A stretch of 64,000 bases of DNA from Spirochaetia bacterium (lineage in GTDB: Bacteria; Spirochaetota; Spirochaetia; UBA9216): positions 352,001-416,000 of the forward strand of contig OZ223264.1 in NCBI GenBank assembly GCA_965140585.1, written 5' to 3'. The first letter of the stretch is position 1. Each line of letters starts with the position of its first letter. A program made the position numbers and the translations under genes. This document shows positions 57,582 through 64,000 of the stretch, piece after piece. The notes beneath the pieces are model-generated. The model was not told the origin of the DNA. It saw only the letters and a program-made list of their open reading frames with translations, and did no database searches.

Positions 57582-58694
57582 TTATGCCTTCCCTCCTTTA
57601 TCGCCCGGCTCGTCCTTCTCCCGTTTGTCTTGAAACCTGCTTAGGAAATTCTTGACTATCAGGGCAAAGGCGCTGAAGTATATTATTGAGGCAATAATTA
57701 TATCGATGATTTCCGGAACGAAATCGTAGAGCTGCATATAGAATCCGCCGAGTGTTATGTAGCCGATGAATATCGCCGACAGGACTATGCCGACCGGGTT
57801 TGACAGGCCCAGCAGGGCCACTGGAATTCCCATAAATCCTTCGTTGGCCAGAATGTCAAGAACCTCGATATGCTTTCCAGTGCTTGCCAGATACATAAGT
57901 CCACCGGCTATACCTGAAAGGGCTCCGGCAATAGTCATTGAAAGTACAATATTTCGCTTGGCGTTGATTCCTGCATACTTGGATGCTTCGGGATTATAGC
58001 CGCAGGCAACAAGTTCATATCCGAATACTGTCTTCTTCAGGATGATGTGAATTATAACGGCCGCCAGAAGGGCAATCAGAAAGCCTGCATGAAGGCTTGA
58101 GCCCTTAAACAGTGTATCAAAACCCATGGTCGGAATTGATGCCGACTCTGCAACATTCAAGGACTGGTTTCTGAGTTTATCGTATACAGTATGAACAACC
58201 AGTGTATTTACCATGTGCATCCCTATATAGTTCATCATGATACAGGTAATAACTTCGTTAACATTAAGAAAGGCCTTTAGCAGTCCCGCAACCGATGCCC
58301 AAATCGCACCGGCAACCATCCCGCCGAGAATGGCGACTACCCACTGAAAGGGGCCAAGCTGCGGACAGTAAACACCTATAATGACCGAAACATAGGCTCC
58401 GACAATCAGCTGTCCTGATGCCCCTATATTAAATAGTCCTGTCTTGAAAGCGAAACCAACAGACAAACCTGTCATTATGAGTGGAGTGGCAATATAAAAT
58501 ATATTTCCGAAACCCTTTGCTTTTCCGCTGAGTCCTCCCAGCAGGATTGTCCTGAAACCGGCAAATGCCTGATTCGGGTTTGTAATAAGCAGAATAATCA
58601 GGCCGAAAATAAGGCCGATTATTATAGCGGAAAAAGATGCTATGAAACTTGACAGCCCGTAGGAGTTTAATAAATTACGTGATTTATTTTTCAC
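57582..58694 (-). CDS. Nucleoside ABC transporter permease (NupB/NupP-like)
   Basis: GLFNIGASGQ, NEVITCIMMNY, GYEL.A.GYN..AS.YAGI; start placed at GTG 58694. Confidence 0.9.
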   Translation of the reverse strand: MKNKSRNLLNSYGLSSFIASFSAIIIGLIFGLIILLITNPNQAFAGFRTILLGGLSGKAKGFGNIFYIATPLIMTGLSVGFAFKTGLFNIGASGQLIVGAYVSVIIGVYCPQLGPFQWVVAILGGMVAGAIWASVAGLLKAFLNVNEVITCIMMNYIGMHMVNTLVVHTVYDKLRNQSLNVAESASIPTMGFDTLFKGSSLHAGFLIALLAAVIIHIILKKTVFGYELVACGYNPEASKYAGINAKRNIVLSMTIAGALSGIAGGLMYLASTGKHIEVLDILANEGFMGIPVALLGLSNPVGIVLSAIFIGYITLGGFYMQLYDFVPEIIDIIIASIIYFSAFALIVKNFLSRFQDKREKDEPGDKGGKA

Positions 58695-60216
58695 TGGAGC
58701 TCTCCTTTTTTGCGCCTGACATATAAAGACCAAGCTCCTGAACTGTTATCTCTTTCGGGTTAAGGTTTCCTACCAGCTCTCCGTTATGAATTACCAGAAT
58801 CCTGTCACTCACATTCATTACCTCATCAAGTTCAAGGGACAACAGCAGAACCGCCTTTTTGTTATCCCTCTGTTTTACCAGCTGCTTATGTATGTACTCT
58901 ATAGCGCCTACATCGAGTCCCCTTGTAGGCTGAACAGCAATCAATATTTCCGGGTCTTTGTCAATTTCTCTGGCTACAATTGCCTTCTGCTGGTTTCCGC
59001 CGGACATTGATCGTGTTATCGTCCTTGCTCCCTGTCCGCTTCGTATATCAAATGATTTAATCAGTTTGTTGGCGTACTCGGTTATTTTCTGAAATTTGAG
59101 AAAGCCCTTGTTCTGAAATTCTTTCTTAAAGTATTTCTGAAGCACAAGGTTTTTATCCAGACTGTAATCAAGCACCAGTCCATGTTTGTGCCTGTCTTCC
59201 GGTATATGCGACATTCCCAGTTCGCTTCTTTTTCGGATGCTGGCATGTGTAATATCTTCGCCGTTAAGAAACACTTCCCCGCTTGAAGCCTTGATAAGTC
59301 CTGTTAAAGCATATACAAGTTCTGTCTGGCCGTTTCCGTCAATTCCTGCTATGCATAGAATTTCGCCCCGTCTGGCCTGGAAGGATACGTCATGAACCAT
59401 GTTCTTTTCACTGTTCTTCGAATGAACTGTCAGATTTTTCACATCAAGAACTACATCTGACGGAACGGCTTCATCCTTTGCAACAACAAATTCAACCTTG
59501 CGTCCTACCATCAGTTCCGACATCATTTCCTTTGAAGTAGAGGCCACATCAACTGTCTCGATGTATTTACCCTTTCGGAGGACCGTACATCTATCTGCTA
59601 CCTGTTTGATCTCTTCAAGTTTATGGGTGATGAACAGTACTGATTTTCCTTCCTTCACCAGGCCCTTCATTATCTCAATAAGCTCGACAATCTCCTGAGG
59701 TGTAAGCATGGCTGTCGGTTCATCAAAGATCAGGATATCGTTGTCACGGTAGAGCATCTTCAGAATCTCAACACGCTGCTGCATTCCAACAGTTATATCC
59801 GCGATAATTGCATCCGGATCGACAAGCAGGTTGTATTTTTTACTGAGATCGACAACCTTCTTTCTGGCGCTGTCCATCTCAAGAACCCCGTTCTTAGTGC
59901 TCTCTACGCCGAGGATGATATTTTCAAGAACAGTGAAATTGTGAACCAGTTTAAAATGCTGGTGCACCATTCCAATGCCCTGGGCATTCGCATCATTGGG
60001 GTTACTGATCTGAATCTGTTTGCCGTTTTTCTTTATTATTCCGTTGTCAGGTTTGTACAGCCCGAAAAGAATACTCATAAGTGTAGATTTCCCGGCGCCG
60101 TTTTCACCCAGCAGGGCATGAATTTCTCCATGTTTTAACTGCAGGGAAATATTGTCATTTGCCAATATACCGGGGAATTCCTTGGTAATGTTCAACATTT
60201 CAATTTGATATTCCAA
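58684..60216 (-). CDS. Nucleoside ABC transporter ATP-binding protein (NupA/NupO-like)
   Basis: GENGAGKST, MVHQHFKL, FDEPTA.LTPQE, SGGNQQK, QPTRGLDVGA. Confidence 0.94.
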   Translation of the reverse strand: MEYQIEMLNITKEFPGILANDNISLQLKHGEIHALLGENGAGKSTLMSILFGLYKPDNGIIKKNGKQIQISNPNDANAQGIGMVHQHFKLVHNFTVLENIILGVESTKNGVLEMDSARKKVVDLSKKYNLLVDPDAIIADITVGMQQRVEILKMLYRDNDILIFDEPTAMLTPQEIVELIEIMKGLVKEGKSVLFITHKLEEIKQVADRCTVLRKGKYIETVDVASTSKEMMSELMVGRKVEFVVAKDEAVPSDVVLDVKNLTVHSKNSEKNMVHDVSFQARRGEILCIAGIDGNGQTELVYALTGLIKASSGEVFLNGEDITHASIRKRSELGMSHIPEDRHKHGLVLDYSLDKNLVLQKYFKKEFQNKGFLKFQKITEYANKLIKSFDIRSGQGARTITRSMSGGNQQKAIVAREIDKDPEILIAVQPTRGLDVGAIEYIHKQLVKQRDNKKAVLLLSLELDEVMNVSDRILVIHNGELVGNLNPKEITVQELGLYMSGAKKESSSEK

Positions 60217-60292
60217 ATGGCTCCTCCATCTTACATTTACTTAATTATATACTAGATAGATGAATTACTCCTCAGTTTTTACCCTATAGAGC

Positions 60293-60322
60293 AAAAAAAG
60301 AGGTTGCCGGGTAGGCAACCTC
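60293..60322 (-). terminator. Rho-independent terminator after the BMP gene
   Basis: GAGGTTGCC-n5-GGCAACCTC with an A7 run (U-tract on the minus strand). Confidence 0.8.
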
Positions 60323-60346
60323 CTGGATTCTTCAGAAATAGATGAA

Positions 60347-61435
60347 TTACTGAACTACTGTAACTGATACAATTGAAAGCGGAAGTGCATTCGGAGAATC
60401 TCCTGCACCGTCGCCGAGAATTGATGTTCTCAGACCGTTTGTATCATTTACGAGTGCTGTAAAAAGTTTTTCGTAATCAGCCTTGCTGAATTTCTTAAAC
60501 TTTGAGTTGTCGATAGGAAGACCAACTGCGTCAACAGTTGCATCGAGAGTTTCTGAAACTCCGCCTTTGAAGTTACCGGCATAGTATTCTTCAAGACCAA
60601 GGTAAACAGATACGCCGAGCTGTTTCATTGCAGAAGTAATAACAGTAGCAGATTCTGCTGACTGATCGACATCAACACCGATAACCTTTCCGTTATTTGC
60701 TTCAGCAGCAGCCATAACTGAGTTACCGACCTTTCCGCCGCATGCAAAGATAACTTCTGTTCCGCTTCCATACCATGAAGCTGCCATTGCCTGGTTTTCA
60801 GGTGTTGCATCAAAGTTTCCGGTATATGTGTACATAAGTTCTACAGAACCGAGTCCCATTTCAGAAGCTGCTTTTTCAGCACCCTGAACAAAACCGTAGC
60901 CGTATCTAACAACTGCAGGTACTGCCATTCCGCCCATGAAACCGAGTTTTGTATATCCGTCTTTTACAGCCGCATAGCCTGCGAGGAATCCTGATTCCTG
61001 CTCTGCGTAAAAGATTGAGTAAACATTGCTTTCAATTCTGAAAGTTGAGTAGTCCTCTGTGTGGGGAGTTCCGTCGATGAGGATGAAACTTGTATCCGGA
61101 TAAAGATCCTGTGCTCTGTAGATAGCAGGTTCAAAAAGGTATCCGGGACAAACAACAATCTTTGCACCGCCGGTAATAGCGAGATCGATTGCAGCTACAT
61201 AAGCGTCGGTAGTTTTTTCTGTTGGCTTGTAGTACTTGTGAGTAAGGTCGTTGTCTTCTGCAAACTTAACAATACCTTCCCATGTTCCCTGGTTGAATGA
61301 CTTGTCGTCGATGTCACCGATGTCGGTAATCATGGCAACTTCATAACCGCTTGTTTTGCTTTCTGTCTGTCCGCCTGCAAAGGCTGCGGGGAGAATCATG
61401 ATCAGCAGTAAAGCAATAATTCCCAATTTTTTCAT
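60347..61435 (-). CDS. BMP family (PnrA/TmpC-like) nucleoside-binding protein
   Basis: DIGDIDDKSFNQGTWEG, GFLAGYAA, GFMGG, IGVDVDQS, TSAMK; start at ATG 61435 after SD AAGGAG. Confidence 0.94.
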   Translation of the reverse strand: MKKLGIIALLLIMILPAAFAGGQTESKTSGYEVAMITDIGDIDDKSFNQGTWEGIVKFAEDNDLTHKYYKPTEKTTDAYVAAIDLAITGGAKIVVCPGYLFEPAIYRAQDLYPDTSFILIDGTPHTEDYSTFRIESNVYSIFYAEQESGFLAGYAAVKDGYTKLGFMGGMAVPAVVRYGYGFVQGAEKAASEMGLGSVELMYTYTGNFDATPENQAMAASWYGSGTEVIFACGGKVGNSVMAAAEANNGKVIGVDVDQSAESATVITSAMKQLGVSVYLGLEEYYAGNFKGGVSETLDATVDAVGLPIDNSKFKKFSKADYEKLFTALVNDTNGLRTSILGDGAGDSPNALPLSIVSVTVVQ

Positions 61436-61457
61436 AGTGTACGCTCCTTTAAACGTC

Positions 61458-61518
61458 TGCAATTTATAATTGCACATGTTTGATATTAAATAATAGAATG
61501 ATTTTGATAGACAGGCAA
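61458..61518 (-). promoter_or_regulatory. BMP operon promoter and downstream palindrome
   Basis: TTGCCT(61518)-17-TATTAT(61495); TGCAATT-tat-AATTGCA at 61458-61474. Confidence 0.5.
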
Positions 61519-61608
61519 GTATTCAATTCTTTTTTATCAACTGTTATTGTTGTTTGAATACTACCATAGCAGTGTTATATTGTAATAAAGCACAGTTTCG
61601 GAGGTTGT

Positions 61609-62790
61609 ATGAGAGCTTTAGTACTTGTAATAGACAGTTTCGGTATCGGCGCACTGCCGGATGCAGAAAAATACGGGGATGCCGGTGCAAATACAGCTGC
61701 TCATATAGCAGAAGGAATGCCCGGCGGGGCGGAATGGCCCAACCTTAAAAAACTGGGACTCGGCAATGCATCAATGCTGCTTGGAAACAGTCTTCCCGGT
61801 TGTGAAGCCGTTGAGAATCCGCTTGCATCTTACTCAGTTATGGCCGAAACTTCTCCCGGTAAAGATACGACCACCGGACACTGGGAGCTGGCTGGAATCA
61901 TACTTGAGAAAGCCTTTCCTGTTTTTAATCCCGATTTTCCTTCATTTCCGCCGGAACTTGTTGAAGCTTTCGAGAAAGCTACAGGACGCAAGATCCTTGG
62001 TAACAAGGCTGCTTCAGGTACTGTAATAATAGATGAACTTGGCGAAGAACACATGAAAACCGGAAGCCCCATATGCTACACATCGGCAGATTCTGTTTTT
62101 CAGATAGCCGCCCACGAATCGGTGATACCTATCGAGGAACTGTACTCAATCTGTGAAACTGCGCGAAAGCTTTGTGATCCGTATATGGTCGGCCGGGTAA
62201 TAGCCAGACCATTCGAAGGCGAGCCCGGAGCTTTCAGCAGGACAAGCCGCCGGCATGATTACAGCATAGCGCTTCCCGGAAATTCAATCCTTGATCATCT
62301 GCAGAAGCAGGGGGTTAAAACAACCGCTGTAGGCAAGATAGGAGATATCTTCAATCTCCAGGGAATTGATGAAACACATCCTGATAAGGGCAATCCCGCC
62401 TGTCTTGAGAGGACCATCAGCCTGATGCAGAAAAAGCAGAGTGAAAAAGAATATATATTTGTGAATCTTGTTGATACCGATATGATCTACGGACACCGCA
62501 GGGATATAAAAGGCTATCATGATGCGGTTAAAGCCGTGGACCAGAGGCTTCCAGAGATTATCGATTTAATGGAAGAGGGTGATCTTCTTGCAGTTACCGC
62601 GGACCATGGCTGCGACCCGTCCTACAGGGGAACAGACCATACAAGGGAATATGTTCCTCTTCTTTACTATATTAAGGGTAAAAACGGGAGCTCTCTGGGT
62701 ATCCGAAATACTTTTGCTGATCTTGCCCAGAATTTAACCGATTTTTTTCATGTGGAAAAATTTAATAGCGGTAACTTCTTTGATAAATAA
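61609..62790 (+). CDS. deoB: Phosphopentomutase
   Basis: VIDSFGIG..PDA..YGD, GKDTTTGHWE, YTSADSVFQIAAHE, NLVDTD..YGHRRD, TADHGCDP, TDHTRE. Confidence 0.97.
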   Translation: MRALVLVIDSFGIGALPDAEKYGDAGANTAAHIAEGMPGGAEWPNLKKLGLGNASMLLGNSLPGCEAVENPLASYSVMAETSPGKDTTTGHWELAGIILEKAFPVFNPDFPSFPPELVEAFEKATGRKILGNKAASGTVIIDELGEEHMKTGSPICYTSADSVFQIAAHESVIPIEELYSICETARKLCDPYMVGRVIARPFEGEPGAFSRTSRRHDYSIALPGNSILDHLQKQGVKTTAVGKIGDIFNLQGIDETHPDKGNPACLERTISLMQKKQSEKEYIFVNLVDTDMIYGHRRDIKGYHDAVKAVDQRLPEIIDLMEEGDLLAVTADHGCDPSYRGTDHTREYVPLLYYIKGKNGSSLGIRNTFADLAQNLTDFFHVEKFNSGNFFDK

Positions 62791-62862
62791 ATGCTTTATA
62801 TGTTAGAATAAGCCGATTAATAGAAAGAATTTCAATTAAGTGACAATATTCGGAGGAAGTCA

Positions 62863-64000
62863 ATGTCTGTATTTAAGAAAACAGCACTGCTGGTTCTGCT
62901 GTTAATTATGGTAACCGGAGGCGCGCTGTTTGCTTTCGGAGCCAAGGAAGTTCCGGAGATTCCGCCGGTAACATCCGGTACCCAGTATCTCTCTCCTAAT
63001 GATGACGGTATAAAAGATGATGCAACTCTGAAATTCAGCGTAAAGCTGTATGTAAAAAGTGAGGAAGGCTATGTTCCTGAATACGGATTGAATATTATCG
63101 ATCCTGACGGAAATGTTGTAGCAGAGGAAACAAAGACAGAAAAAAGCGATGTTAACTGGTTTCTTCAGATCTTCCGCGGATATGATGAGTTTAACCTTGA
63201 GAAGGAAATTACCTGGGACGGAAAGGATCAGGACGGAAATGTTCTGCCTGACGGAATCTACAAGGTAAAGGTCTGGGTTAAGGATTCATCAAATCATACC
63301 ACAGAAATTGATGTTGATGACTTTGTCATCGATACAAAAGCACCGACTCTCGCACTGCGAAAGCCGGATAAACTGATGTTTTCGCCTAATAATGACGGAA
63401 TAGGCGATGTTTTTATAATTCTTCAGGCTGACGGTACAACAGAAACCGAATGGAAGGGGGTTTTCAAGGATTCATCCGGAAAGGTTGTGAAGACCTATAC
63501 CTGGACTGATGCCTCACCGGAAGATGTCCTATGGGACGGCTCGGATGATGCTGAAGGATTTGTGCCCAATGGAACCTACAGTTATCTGATCAATTCAACA
63601 GACCTTGCAGGAAATAAATCAAAGGATTACACAGTAGCAGGAATAAATCTTGATGCCGGGGCTCCTGTTTTCAAGCTTGATTTTGAATCAACCGCATTCT
63701 CTCCAAACGGAGACGGTGTTCTTGATAAACTTAATATTACTCCGGTTTATGAAGCTGATGATACAATAACCGACTGGAGCTGGTCGCTGGCCAACAAGGA
63801 CGGTGTGCTTATGCAGGATGCCGGAACTGCTGAAGCCGGTCTGCCGGATTTAATTACCCTTGACGGGCTTGATTCTGCAGGACTCCCGCTCTTCCCGGGA
63901 AATTATCTGTTTTCAATGTCTGTTGAATACAGAAATAACTGGCGTCCGGTTATTGAACAGGCAATTGTTGTTGATATTGCAGCTCCAAGAGTAGAAATAC
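62863..64000 (+). CDS. Large exported protein with tandem FlgD-Ig/FSPNGDG repeats (partial, runs off the window)
   Basis: Manual translation from ATG 62863 (SD GGAGG): signal peptide, then YLSPNDDG, FSPNNDG and FSPNGDG repeats, with (W/L)DG.D..G...(D/N/P)G.Y and D..AP elements. Not in the ORF track. Confidence 0.88.
   Translation, partial: MSVFKKTALLVLLLIMVTGGALFAFGAKEVPEIPPVTSGTQYLSPNDDGIKDDATLKFSVKLYVKSEEGYVPEYGLNIIDPDGNVVAEETKTEKSDVNWFLQIFRGYDEFNLEKEITWDGKDQDGNVLPDGIYKVKVWVKDSSNHTTEIDVDDFVIDTKAPTLALRKPDKLMFSPNNDGIGDVFIILQADGTTETEWKGVFKDSSGKVVKTYTWTDASPEDVLWDGSDDAEGFVPNGTYSYLINSTDLAGNKSKDYTVAGINLDAGAPVFKLDFESTAFSPNGDGVLDKLNITPVYEADDTITDWSWSLANKDGVLMQDAGTAEAGLPDLITLDGLDSAGLPLFPGNYLFSMSVEYRNNWRPVIEQAIVVDIAAPRVEI

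Noticed and set aside
61436-61608. Purine or nucleoside riboswitch in the BMP/deoB intergenic region
   Set aside because: No purine riboswitch core or leader terminator visible, and the leader is short.
62790-62820. GCCGATTA as a sigma28 -10 element before the FlgD-Ig gene
   Set aside because: No TAAA-like -35 at 15-16 nt spacing.
1-64000. Numerous 60-190 aa antisense or out-of-frame ORFs in the track (e.g. 1488-1889, 17088-17660, 19275-19739, 42711-43235, 48693-49199)
   Set aside because: They lie inside or largely overlap well-supported genes, and have no SD or recognisable motifs; shadow ORFs.
62863-64000. Calling this gene ompA
   Set aside because: Spirochaete homologues often end in an OmpA domain, but the C-terminus is outside the window.
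1-64000. tRNA, rRNA, IS, integrase or prophage
   Set aside because: None recognised by eye; intergenic gaps are short and mostly explained by promoters or terminators. tRNAscan/Infernal were not run.

Overview
Gene-dense bacterial chromosomal window, most likely from a free-living spirochaete (Spirochaetales). This is inferred from a BMP-family nucleoside-binding protein, a BspA-type LRR lipoprotein, an FlgD-Ig repeat envelope protein and a P13/DUF5683-like segment. It holds about 60 CDS. These include three ABC-2 export cassettes with MarR/TetR regulators, recQ, plsC, rarD, an OmpR-type two-component system with two paralogous secreted partners, a Bcr/CflA MFS pump, and a ROK-regulated sugar ABC + Gfo/Idh/MocA + TIM-barrel locus. 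Also present are a Crp/Fnr-DMT pair, an MCP, a three-gene envelope operon facing a 7TM hybrid kinase-LuxR, a REC-REC-HD-GYP protein, an SmtB-type metal efflux pair, the Leloir gal operon and a nucleoside salvage cluster (pdp, punA, nucleoside ABC, BMP, deoB). I saw no rRNA, tRNA, CRISPR, transposase or phage genes. The most interesting observations are: (1) a shared Cys-free [FY][AS]-x-G-x-x-[DE] motif at the predicted signal cleavage site of five unrelated exported proteins; (2) the envelope operon with upstream LuxR-like boxes and a convergent hybrid sensor; (3) a repeated helical domain in two secreted proteins upstream of a two-component system; (4) frequent apparently leaderless genes. 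All family calls are by-eye motif recognition; no searches were run.
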